A stretch of 64,000 bases of DNA, from positions 5,704,001 to 5,768,000 of the forward strand of contig CM068748.1 in NCBI GenBank assembly GCA_035084275.1, read 5' to 3'. This DNA is from Hydrolagus colliei. Lineage: Eukaryota. Positions 11,853 to 23,800 of the stretch are shown piece by piece. Made by a program: the position numbers and the translations under genes. Under the pieces are notes generated by a model, which was not told where the DNA came from, did not search any database, and saw nothing but the letters and a program-made list of their open reading frames with translations. Position 1 is the first letter of the stretch; every line of letters starts with the position of its first letter.

Positions 11853-12846
11853 CTATTTAAATACTATTATGAAGTGATTTTTAAACAAATTTAATTGTAG
11901 ATTTAAACGGGAGATTGTCGCTATCTTGCAGTGCACTTCAATCACCCACTAACTTCATTTATTCTTTTTGCTAAATAGTGACATTTTACAACGTATTGTG
12001 CTTACATAGAAAAACAAAAATGTATTTATGTTAAAGGTGAAGATGGCCATTAGAGTTCAAATATCATATCATAACTCTTTTTTCAAATAGGGATGCAATC
12101 CACAAATGCATATGCTGTTCTCCATCTAAAATATTGAAGCAATTTAGGAGTGAGAAACGGGATTTATATTTCCAATCATTCCTGGCAAGAGCTGAGGAGT
12201 TTTCTGTACATGTTCAGAGCTTTGTTCACTGTACTGAAATGCTTGATATTTTTTCAAAAAATATTATTAAAGAAATAAGATTGTGACATTAAAACAGTTT
12301 AAAAGTGGTCAGATGGGTGTCTAAGAAGCGGATTTTGTTAAAGTTTAAAAGTTTGTTTGGAATCAGCTAGAGTAAAATATTACAACCCACTCAATTATTT
12401 CTATTTAAGTACTATCATTAACAAATTCTTCAACAAATTTAATGGTAGATTCAATGCAAAGTGATTGTTGACTAAGTTCTTTTAAAAGGCAGATGAAACT
12501 GGTCTTTCATTTCCCATTTAGATCAGATGCCAATCTGAAGCTGTGATTTAATCTAAAACTTCCAGCAATTTATGGGAAACATATTTATCCTCAGCCCCTG
12601 ACCAACATATGATATGAATTGCAAACAAAATGAAGAATCACATTGGCTCTTCGTGCTGACTTGTGCCAATCTATTTTTTTAAGTAAAACAATTAAATCAA
12701 ATTTTTTTTTGTGGCGTTATCAGTAGGGTTAGTTGGCTCACTCCAATTCTCTATTGAATATGTTCTTGTCTCATTAATTTCCTTCAGGGGTGTTCAAATA
12801 GAAATGTATGCAATATTTCTCATCCATTTTCCTTTCCTTACTGCAG

Positions 12847-12931
12847 GATTACAGACCAACGATACGAGAAGGTGCCTCATTTCGTATTTGGTGACTTCAA
12901 CTTCAGGTTGGATTCTAAAGGTGTTATAGAG
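12847..12931 (+). CDS. INPP5A: INPP5A internal coding exon (85 nt), (R)ITDQRYEKVPHFVFGDFNFRLDSKGVIE
   Basis: Manual translation gives the 5-phosphatase motif GDFNFR and matches the remembered human INPP5A segment IIDQRFEKVSYFVFGDFNFRLDSKSVVE. Flanks are ctgcag| and |gtaagt. I found no earlier exon in 1-12846, so the upstream exons are presumably outside the window. Confidence 0.95.
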
Positions 12932-13899
12932 GTAAGTGTTAACTATGCATCTGCAATGAATCTGGTTGTCCAATGTCACTGGTAGAGTAAAACCTCAATA
13001 ATCCAAAATTCATCAACTCCCTAAAACCGGCAAGATTTCAACATACATAGTCAGATCTTTCCCGATGTTGGCAAATCTCTTGAAGCTAGGAACAGCTGCT
13101 TGTAGTTCCCGGTGTGGCCACACTGTCACCTGGTGCTGAAATTTTTTGCCTTCAGTACTGTGTTTTTACAGTACTGTACGGAATGTATTGGGGGCAAGGG
13201 TTCCTCAGCCATTTCTGGGTTGGAAAGAAAATATTTAGCTATTCCAAATTTTTTGAAGTGCTGGCCCCCAAACAAAACACTTCCCACAGAAGAACAATTG
13301 ATTTTCTAACAACACATCGATTAGAAACAATGTCTCTGTAACTGTGATTGGAATCTTGTTCCATTTGCATAGTATTCACTATGGATACGGTACAAGCTCA
13401 CAGAGGAGAAACATCACAGAAGGTGTAAAGTTATGCAATCAGAATAGATGTTTCTTACTTGAAAAATCAAACTGTTTGACGGGTACTACAAAACCAGTTA
13501 TACCATACTTGATATAACCACCGCACATGTCAGTTTTTGTTTCAAACAAACTTTTTTCATAAATGTTCCAGTGTTTTTGCTCTTTGCAATTTTCCATGGC
13601 ACAAACATGTTATGTACTGGAAAGCCTTCATTGGGATTCCTCATCTGTAACCAACCACAGTATAATACAATCCATGATAATGCTACTAAATCTAGAGAAG
13701 TAGAGAGCTGGATACTGGAAACATTTTAATAAATTCCATTGGACCAGAGAAGAGATAAAATTAAGATAAGTACAGGATGAGTTCCATATCCTAATAGCTT
13801 TTTTTTTGTATTCTTGAAAACAATCCCCCAAAAAAATCATCAACAGCTTGGCGATCCTTCTCTCAACTCTGGCCTCTAATTTCTTTATCCTTGTCTCTT

Positions 13900-14106
13900 C
13901 TTGCCTCTGCCTCGCTCCTTCCCTGGCCTCCTTCACATCCGCCTCAAGAACCTCCTGCTCGACGGTCCCGTTGGTCACCCTAAATCTCTCCCTTTCCCTC
14001 CATCCTCCCCATCCCCGACCCCAGCTTGGGTCTGAAACAATGACTGCCAGCGCCTTGGGACTTCCTCCTGATGTGAAAAGCGCTAAACAAGTGTAATTTT
14101 GTTGTT
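13900..14106 (+). mobile_element. L2 3' end (second subfamily)
   Basis: ORF2 end plus 3'UTR (cagcttgggtctgaaac...gcgccttgggacttcctcctgatgtgaaaagcgc...ttgttgtt); homologous to 18532-18675. Confidence 0.7.
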
Positions 14107-16140
14107 CTATTTTAGAAACTATTCTAGATTGAACACAACTGTTGTCATTTCTTCTCTGAACTTTCCTCTCATATCCCCCTAAGTTTAGACTGTACCACTG
14201 TCCAACACACTCTTCCTCCTCGTATCCTCATAATGTTCAAAACAATGTCTCCAATGCTCTTGGAAATCAAGACAGCAACTCCTTGCCTTTTGAGTCTTTC
14301 CTCCTCTTGCATTTTACAAGCCTTTAAAATTCAAGCTTGGTGTCACCTAACCACTGCTTCTTGATTTATCTCCTCTTGTCTCCCAACTCTTGTTTAACGT
14401 TGATAGTGAACTGCGCTATGGGCTTTGACCCTTCACCTGTGCTTTGACTAAAATATGACCATTTGGGCTGCTGTGTGTCAACTCCGCTCCCAACTCATCA
14501 TTGAGTCAAATAGAATGTTTCCTGAAATAAAATCTGTGTTTATGGCATGCTTGGATTTAAGCAACCTGGATATGGAAAGGATTCTTTACACACCACATCA
14601 AATTGATTATATTGCTTAATATTTATTACATCTGAGCAAACCAGTGCAGGGATTTAGAGGTTTAGTGTTGTATGTTTTGTCTCCTTGCTACATTTAAGGA
14701 CTGCAGAGCAAACATCACTTCATCGCTTTGTTGCCCTGAGCACCTAATCAGCACCAATTGCTGGAGCCACCACACTACTTGTAATTGGTGTTTCTTTGTC
14801 ACTACTTAGATAATGCAGATTTCAAGCTCATTATTCACATAATCACAGCCATCACAGCTGTGTTTATTCTGAAAGTGCATTGTTGCCAGTGCTGTTTATG
14901 CCCATTATAGTGGTGGTTAGAATGGGGATACAATTCATTTAAAAAGTCAGATGGAGAGAATGCTAGTTTGAAAGAAGCCCTATCTTACCCTGTGAACAAA
15001 AGGGAAATGCAGGACAATCCGGCAATAAAAGAGGAAATTTCTTAATGAGCGTGGGAGGGTAACCACCTCAGCTCGCTAAACGAATCAGCTAGCTCTTGTG
15101 CATCTATCAGACACACAGACTTACCCAAGGAAGAAATGTGAGGGCTCTCAAGGGTTTGGTGATCATAATAAAGGAACATTTAGTGGAATAAAACCTCTCA
15201 TCTCAAAACCTCTAACCTCAAAACCTCTAAACCTCAGATTGTACGGAATCTAGCCCATGCAATCAGAATATTGTAGATTATAAAAAGACATACATGGCCG
15301 AATAGTAAACTAATTCTTGGTAGACTGGGGGTGTAAAGTTATGAGAGTAAGTGGAAGAGAGAGAAATGTACAAATGAATATAGAGATTTATCAAACAAAT
15401 TTAACCAATTGTAAAAATAAATCTGGGTGGTTTTGAGCTGGGCCACTAGATGGAGCATCACGTGGTAGGTAGCAGATAACTTTATGTTGGGGCGCTGGGA
15501 TAGAGAGAACTTCAGAAGGAAATAATATGAATTTTCCCATTGTATTGAGGAAGCCTGCAGTCGGTAGATGTGAAAATGTAAACCAGGGTAAAGATAAACA
15601 TTTGTAATTGAAGGAAGGACACATAGGAGGAAGGGAGGCCTGAAAGCAGGAAAGAAAAGGTTGTAAAATGGAATACAATTGTTTATGGATTGTTGCGAAT
15701 AATTATGAATACTGCAGGTGAATTAATTTTCTCATAATTATATTTCATTCACAAAAATAGAAGGGCTGTAGATTTATATGAACTGTGGATGGCTGAATCC
15801 ATATTCTGCTCCAAAAGGAGATTTTTAAAACTAATTTGTTGAACCCTTGAGTCTAGTTATCTGCCTACCATATTTGTATTTTATAAATAATTTTACAGAG
15901 GACTTGGTGATACAATTAGACAATGAGCTGTTTACCCAATTCTGGCACTTATGTTTGAATCCACCCCATATTGATGGAGCAAACTCTCATCTTTATGTTG
16001 CTTAAATGTCTATGAGTTTAGAAAGTCTAAACCTGACTCTCCTCTAGTGCGATGATGGGGGAAAGCCACATTGTCAGAGATGGATCATTCAGAGTTGATG
16101 CCTGTTCATGTGGATATCAAAGATGCTGTTGGCACAACAC

Positions 16141-16492
16141 TAATAATAATAATAATAATAAATAATAATAATTCTTGCATTTGATATAGCACTATTCATG
16201 TCTTCTAGATGTCTCAAAGCGCTTTACAGAACATACTGTAAAGTGAATTGATTGTATAATTGTAGGCGAAACGCCAATTGCGCACAGCAGTGTCCCACAA
16301 ACAGTTGTGGATTGAAAATGATCAATTTATTATAAGTTTTTTCGTGGGGTGGGGGGGTTTTGGACGGATTATTATTAGGTGTGTGGAGGGAGTAAGGAAA
16401 CTTGCCCAAGGTTTCACCATGACCTGGCTGGATTCAAAACACAGGTCTCACGCTTGTAAGGAGAGTGCTCTAACTACTGAGCTACAGGACTC
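16141..16492 (-). mobile_element. Full-length tRNA-headed SINE (short variant)
   Basis: A-box and B-box head, body, hairpin tail and (TTA)n end. It abuts a Deu-domain fragment at about 16065-16135. Confidence 0.85.
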
Positions 16493-17509
16493 TACAAGGA
16501 GTCCTTGCATTTCAAATGGGAACTCCACTATCCTCACTCTCCTCTGAATATAATGCACCATTTGGCAGAAACAGGCCAAGCAATCTACTTCCAGAGCCAA
16601 CCAGTAAGAGGTGCACAAGACAATCCAAGAAGGCTTATCCTCCGGTTGCTCCTTTCATTGTGGGAAGTGTCAGACTTCCACTTTTTATGTCCCATTTATG
16701 TTGGTTTGACAGGGATCAGGATCATACTGTGGATGGGTGCACTGCCAACTCCTTTGTCCCTTTAAAATCAGCTCCATCCATTAAATATATTGTTGCCCAA
16801 TGAGTATCAGCCTCGCTTTTTCTTACTTAACGGAAAATATAATCTGGTAATTTCTGTGCTATAGTGCATGAAAATGTGTTTGATGAAGTGCTGCAATTTT
16901 TGCTGCTTTATTCTTTTGTTTTTATGCATCTATGTATGTGTTGCAGCTGAGACCAGGTTGTGACCTTTTTTCATAAATTTGAAAGCTCCCCACAGCTCAG
17001 TGTTTGCTTTTTGCTGTCATTTTGTTCTTTTAACATGTAGCAGTGCCCTTTCCCCCGTGCTGTCTAGGCAGATGTTGCTGATGATTGATTTGTTTGGCAT
17101 GAGGGAGGAGCTTCCTATGGAGCGGATGGGAGGGATTTGTTCTGTATTTTACCAATAGCTCTTAGATTAGTAGATGGGGTTGTACCTTCCTGAATGCTAC
17201 CTGAAGCTAATCTGCAATTTATGGTCTCCTGGAGAGAATGCACATTATCGCAGTCGCTTCTTTATACGGTTGCAAAATCATTCAGAACAAAAAGTACTCA
17301 TTGTAGTACATACATTCAAGGTCACCGATAATAACTTTCTTTTCTGGCAACAGACCATTTCCTGCTGCTGTGATGTGACGACAAATCACTGATCTGTACA
17401 TGAGTCCATCCCAACAGAAAGATAGCACAGCTAGCAACTCTACCTTTTTCACACTGCACAATTCTAGTTTTATATTTGAGGCTGGTGATGGTAGCAGAGC
17501 TTACAGTTG

Positions 17510-17830
17510 TAATAATAATAATAATAATCGTTGCATTTGATATAGCACTTTTCACATCTTATCAATGTTTCAAAGCACTTCACGGAATATACTGTAAAGT
17601 GAATTGACTGTATATTTGTGGGTGAAATACAGCCGCCAATTGCGCACAGCAGTGTCCCACAAGCAGTCGTGGTTTGAAATGACCAATTTTATTGTGGGTT
17701 TTTTGAGGGATTGTTATTAGATGTGTGGAATAAGGAAACTTGTCCAAGGTTTCGACCTGATCTGCCTGGATTCAAACACAGGTCTTATGCTTGTAAGGCA
17801 AGTGCTCTAACCACTGAGCTACAGGACTCC
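17510..17830 (-). mobile_element. Full-length tRNA-headed SINE (short variant)
   Basis: A box TAGCTCAGTGG (17821-17811), B box GTTTGAATCC (17777-17768), L2-like 3' hairpin and (ATT)n tail. Confidence 0.88.
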
Positions 17831-18531
17831 TCAATGTGAATTCAATGTGAATGTGAAGGAGCCACAATGTTGAATTCTAACACAGTAGTATTACCTAGGG
17901 TTTGGGGTGCAGATAATTGATCAGGACCCGAATCTTCAGATTACTGTAGTAATAAACTACAAGCAACTGTCCCCCTTTTCTTTTATAGTATACTGGGTTA
18001 TATCTGACAATTCATGTTTACGTGATGTTTGATTCTTGCTCCATATCTTTGGATGGACAAAGATTACAAGTGAGGTACAGATGATGAAGGCCCTTAATCT
18101 CATGCTTTCAAAATACTGTACCTACTCTTACACCTTCCCTTTACAGCAGCTCCTTGTTTCTTAAATGCGTCCTTCAAGCACTATTCCAGCTGTAGACCGT
18201 CCTCTCTGAAAGTTGCTCTTACCGAAATTTGCATTCTTTACACTTCATTCTCTATTTATACGACAAAGGTATTTGATTTTGGTCAGAGTTTAACTGACGA
18301 CTTCTTAGGTCAAATTCACAAGTCGTGCAACAAGTATGTGCCTTGCTTCAACTCTCCCCACTTCACAGCATCAGAAAGCTTTATAGGTAGGGAGAATAAC
18401 ACTTCACACTGAAAAGCAAAATGCCTTAGGATGTTAAGCACATCTCCAATGGGAACTTGCTTATTTCACCCCAAATAAGAAGAGCAAGGCTCTCCTCTAA
18501 GACTTGTTCATCTTAGAAGTAAACCATACAG

Positions 18532-18675
18532 AACAATAACAACAAAATTACATTTGTATAGCGCCTTTCATGTCAGGAAGATGTCCCAAGGTGCTGGGCA
18601 GTCAGTATTTCAGACCCAAGTTGTGGTCGGGATCAGGGAGGGTAGAGGGACGGGAGGGGAAGTGGGTTTGAATGT
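18532..18675 (-). mobile_element. L2 3' end (second subfamily)
   Basis: Antisense homolog of 13990-14106. Confidence 0.7.
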
Positions 18676-18729
18676 CAATAGTTCAGTTCATAGACTACAC
18701 TGAGTTTATCTTTTGAAGTGCAACAAATG

Positions 18730-19000
18730 GTTTCAGTACCTTGGGTTTACCAGAAGGGAAAATGCAGCAGTCCTGATTGCTATTCAGTGACTTGCTGGAA
18801 TGTATGCATGTTAGGTGATCGTGTGGTGACAGAATTTGACTCTGGTGGAGACTTTCTTATCCCCTCCTCCATTTAAATAGCCTTCTGGTACTCACTGTCT
18901 ATTCTCACACATGAATAAAAGCCTCTGAGGTAAGGTGCATGAGCGCGCCCAGTGCTTATGGAACCATATCCAAGCAGGAGTCAGCATTGTCAGGACCAAA
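18730..19000 (+). repeat. Ancient interspersed repeat, possibly MER131-like
   Basis: cctgattgctattcagtgac...aatagcc...actcactgtcta..ctcacacatgaa...tggaaccatatccaagcaggagtcagca recalls an old SINE-like repeat; related fragments may lie at about 32120-32260 and 47290-47370. The family name is from memory only. Confidence 0.35.
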
Positions 19001-20462
19001 GCAGGCAATGGTTTTATTGTTGATCACAGAGCTGCATAAACCTACCTCTAAATGAATAGTACTTAAAAAAAATCTCTTGAATGTTTTGAGTCAGCGTAAA
19101 TGCAGTAAGTAGTATGTACTGTTGCTACATTTAGTATGCCTAGCTTTCCCTCCCAAACCCTAACTGTTTTTTATTCAAATTGCTACATATTCAAAGCACC
19201 GGCCTTTTCATACAGCTTTCACTGAATCCGTGAACTGAAACAGCCACATTGTTTAGCTAGAATCCTTGTTTTGGAGAGTTTTAATGCCATGGCAAATGGC
19301 TGGAAAGAGAATTGAAAGCAGCTGAAATGGGTCTGCAGAGTATTAAAATGCCTGAAGTTGCTTGGGAGTTTTAAAATCCCATGTAACCTCAATACAAATA
19401 TATCTATTGTAATATATATGATTAAATGCTCAGTTTAAATAGTCCCATCAACAGGTAACTAAAATATTTATGCTTAACGGAGGACTTGTGTTAACTTCCT
19501 TAATAGTGAAATATAAACAAGAGTTATCCATAGCTTATTCCTTGTCTCAATTGTAGAATATATCCAGAGCAGGTGTCTTAATAAACACAGGCAGATTAAA
19601 GGGACGCTGTAGGAATATCACAGCTGCCAGTCCAGCTAATCTGCTGTGTTACAGTATACTGTAGTATGAAAATGCATCTACTATAAAGCATTGAACTGGG
19701 ATGAACAGACATTCTGTACTAATGATAAATTTGATAACCAATTGCAAATTTGGATGATTATATGGAGACGCAAAACTAAATATTCACAGAAAATGAGAAA
19801 GACTCATGAAAATCATACTACTGTATTTGGGACTGAGATGATCTCTTGAATTTCAAACTGCAGAGTAGCCCTTGATGATAAAATTCCTAAACAGACTGTG
19901 ACTTAAATGCAAAGCATGTTGGTAGGCAGCTCAATGGTATCATGGGAGTATTAAAGTGTCCTCTGTGTTTACCCCCACTAAAAGACATGTTTTAAAAATC
20001 ACAAATATAATTTCAAACAAAACTGCTTTGTAAAAGAGTAGATTCTTTTTAAGATCAAGAGGAATTTGCTAAATATCTCAAATTAATAATGATCTGAAAC
20101 TTTTGTATATTAAATTACACTGTCCCTCTTGCTTTTATGAAAATAACTTGTAAAACCTCTACATATAAGCAAATAAATATCAAAAGAACCTTTGCAGACT
20201 GCGTCATTACAGCGAAACACAGGGCAAAAGGCTGCAAGATTGCTTGAGGTCAAAGACCAAAATTAATAACATACTTGTCAGAACAAAAATAATATTCTCT
20301 AAATATATCTTAATATGGTTGAAAGATGAAAATCCTAAAACAACTTAGTTTATTTTGTTTAATTTAAAGTTGCTCAAGTCTTATCTGTAGATAATAGTTT
20401 GAGGTCACAGTTATTGGAGCTGATGCACTGTGTTCTATATAAAGTTTAGCGTGTTTTGTGTG

Positions 20463-20884
20463 TATAATAATAATAATCCTTGCATTTGATTTAGTGTCTT
20501 ATCATGTTGTTAAAAGGTTGCTTCACAGTGACGTCTTAATGATGTGATAAGCACTTAAGGATGTACTGCAAAGTGGTTTTAACTATGTGTTTTGGGGGCA
20601 AAACATGACAGCAGTTTCCACATAGCAATATCTCACAAACCGCTGTGAAGTGAATGGCCAATGTTTATTTGGGGGATTTGGTCCCCAGAGAAACTCCCTA
20701 CTCTTTTCGAATAGTACCATGGGATTTTAAATATCCACCTGAACCCTTGACTTTGGGTTAATGTTTCATCCGAAGGACAGCACCTCTGACAATGCAACAC
20801 CCCCCACCATTGCATTGGAGTGTCAGTTTGGTCCCTGACCCAGAGGTGAGAATGCTACCACTGGCTAGGCTGACACACAAGTCG
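20463..20884 (-). mobile_element. Deu-domain SINE (AmnSINE1/SacSINE1-type)
   Basis: The reverse complement contains the Deu-like block tgcattgtcagaggtgctgtccttcggatgaaacattaacc...ttcaggtggatat...atcccatggtactattcgaaaagagtagggagtt, followed by the shared 3' tail. Confidence 0.75.
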
Positions 20885-23800
20885 ATTTGGGGCTCATAAA
20901 CACCCCCAATCTCTTGTTGGAGGTGAGCATGGAATCCAAGATTTCCCTCAGAGCAATTTTCCCTTTTTATAAAAGGAACAACATTTAAAGAAAGTAAAAT
21001 AATTTATAATCGTGCACAAAGATGAGGGTGGGGATGATATAACGGTATTTTTACAGCGTTTTTCTAATTAACCATAACGGGAAAAGCAATTCAAACATGA
21101 ATTCCTTACTGTATGTGTGAGATGTTATCAGTTTTATTCATTCTCATCCAGATTGCACAGTGCATCTCCTGTTTAAACTGTAGTTACTGCCATGTTAATT
21201 GGAGAATTAGGCTAACTCACTTAGCCTATCAAGACTATGAATTTCAGTTGAATCCAGTCACAAGGAGTACAATATTCGGAATCCTGAAGATAGCGTTTTA
21301 ACTTGTTTGTGGCTGTGGCAACTGTGACATTTTTACAGGTGCAGGTTTGAGGGAGGGTCAGTCACCAGACCCGAGCCACTCTCACATTAGCAGAATAATT
21401 AATTAGGCCATACATAAAGAATTGACTTGAATTGACCTTTATTCACCAATTTCTTTTGAAAGTATACAAAAGGCACAGCCACGTGGACACTAATGGTGTC
21501 AGTGTGCTTTCTTGATGGTGGTCTTGCTTCGCACTGAAATACCAGTGATAATGGCTTATCTAGTGGCATCCTTGTGGATGGCCAGGCCAATGACAGTTCG
21601 TTTCCATCAAACCAACGGTCATAAAGCCTCTTTTCAGGTACAGAAGCCTACAGTTTTTGAACTGATGGCATAAAAATAATTTTCTTTGCTCCCAACTTTG
21701 CTTTATCCTCTCATCTCCTAAGATTTTTTTTTAAAGTAGAGCGCACAAGAAAAGCTTAGCCACAACTTTTCAAAAGAACAAGTTTGGACAGTAATATCGG
21801 AATGTGAGACTTCTAATGTTGAGGATTAATGCAACATACAGTTCGGAAAACCGACATCCAAGAGCTTTTCTGGACAGCTATCACTTACTTTCATTCTTTT
21901 TCCTGGAATTTTTTGACACTTTCAATTCCTCCCTGCCACTAACCTTGCTACTGGAAAGATTCATTGGAGGTTAATTAAATCCATCATCAAAACAACGAGA
22001 AGCCAATGAGGCATATAATCACTGAAATAGTAAATTAAATGATGCAATTGTTTTCCCTTCCATCATTTACTGGGAGGGCAGGGGCTGTGTTATCAATGCA
22101 GCTGACTGTATTGTTTCACAACTGGCGACAGGAGCCTCATGCCCCCCAGAGAATGTGGATGCATGTGGTCATAAACCAGGTTTTAATTTGTGCAAACAGA
22201 GGAGATTAAACTATATCAGCTCTAGGGTCCTACAAAGCTTCATTATGTGGAAAGATGACACTGTTAAAGAATAAAAGAGAGGTTATTCCCAGCTGGAATT
22301 AACAGCGCCGCCTATTTGAGATGTAAATTAATACAAACAGGGTAACTGAGTGGAACAGAAAAGCCAAGACTTTGATCTAATTTGCCAAAGCACTGAACAT
22401 AATTAAAACATACGCAGAATGAATGCAGTTATCTTGCATTTTTAATAGGCCATAGCATCATTAATGTAATTAATAATAACATGTTTAAAAGTAACTGCTG
22501 CTGTCAGTGTGAGCGTGCGTCTGAACAGAGGCAAGTGGCAGCTGTGGGTTTCAGCTGGCATGGTTTGACATAGAGAGACAGTGGTACCAGTAGCACTCGT
22601 CACTGATCGCAGAGCCTAGCGCTCACTGGATGCTGCCACACCTGCCATTCATCACAGAACTGACACTGATGATGATTGATGGCAGTTTGCAGCTTTTCAT
22701 GCCAGGGAATGGCTGTGACTTTTGCAGTGTCACCAGCTGTGCCTTGTTGCCAGGCTTTTTAAGATGAGGCTCGTTTCTCTGGAGGTTTATCTTAATCAGC
22801 CTGTCATATTCTCAAAATTAATTAAGACTTTATAAAAGGAGTCACTGAGCTAGCTCTATTTGAAATGTTCATCACGCAAAAATAAAAGAGGCAGGAAAGA
22901 CATCTTAAGCATGCAACCAGATTTTGTAGATGGCAGTGTTGGTTTGGACAGTGCTCTGCAGAGGTCCCGTTCCTTTATGTTGGGTTATAAGTACCAGCTG
23001 ACATTTTATGAACCCGATTACAGTATATCTCTGATCTGTATAGTAGCGAGCTATCCACTTTAATACTGCAGTGCTATCTCGTTGGATTTCTGTTGCTGTA
23101 AATGGAGCATGTTATTAACAGCAGCAGAAATGCCTAAACAGAAGTTTGGTTCAACAATGGCAGCACTCAGACACTCTGCTAACTTTATATAATCACATGC
23201 TAGTTATGCTGTTGATGATTATTTAGTGAAATACAGTTTTTTTCCCCCCATTTTTAAGACTAAAAACTTCTTTCTATTTTTAAAAATAAAGATAAAATTT
23301 ACCCACCAACATATTTGCACAGTTTAAAAGTATCTGCATTTCTATCTTTGGGTTTTAAAACTAAAAGCTAATGTTATGTAGCTCAAACAGTTCGATTGTC
23401 GGTTAGCAAAGGAGTACAAATTATTGCATGAAGTCAATCTATTTCTGGTCAAGTGCAATGAGTTGTGCTAATTGATCCTCTTTTAAAGAATAATGGTTAT
23501 TCAGAAGTTCTGTGTTGTTCTAATTGATTCTTCTGACAGTAACTGGAGCTCTGTGAAAATACTCAATCCCACTTCGGTTTCCTTGCTCTTCACAGATTTA
23601 TCTCCGACAATCATATTGCTTGTTCTGTTTTCATCATTAAAAATAATTGCTGGAATATCACTTCTCCCACAGCCAGAAAATGAACTCCTTTCATGTTGGT
23701 CGCACATCGGGTTTGACTAACATCTGTTTCCAGATGAAATCAGGCGGGCTCTGGCTGTATCCATCCTCGTAGCCCTCTTCTTATCCTACACCATTGTTCC

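Noticed and set aside
12985-13220. Possible second Tigger-like DNA transposon fragment
   Set aside because: Only one degenerate TIR-like end was seen, with no matching partner.
17760-17830. tRNA-like sequences here and at about 6090-6158, 16425-16492, 28185-28249 and 53816-53885
   Set aside because: They are SINE heads: A/B boxes are present but the stems are degenerate, and each is joined to a SINE body and tail.
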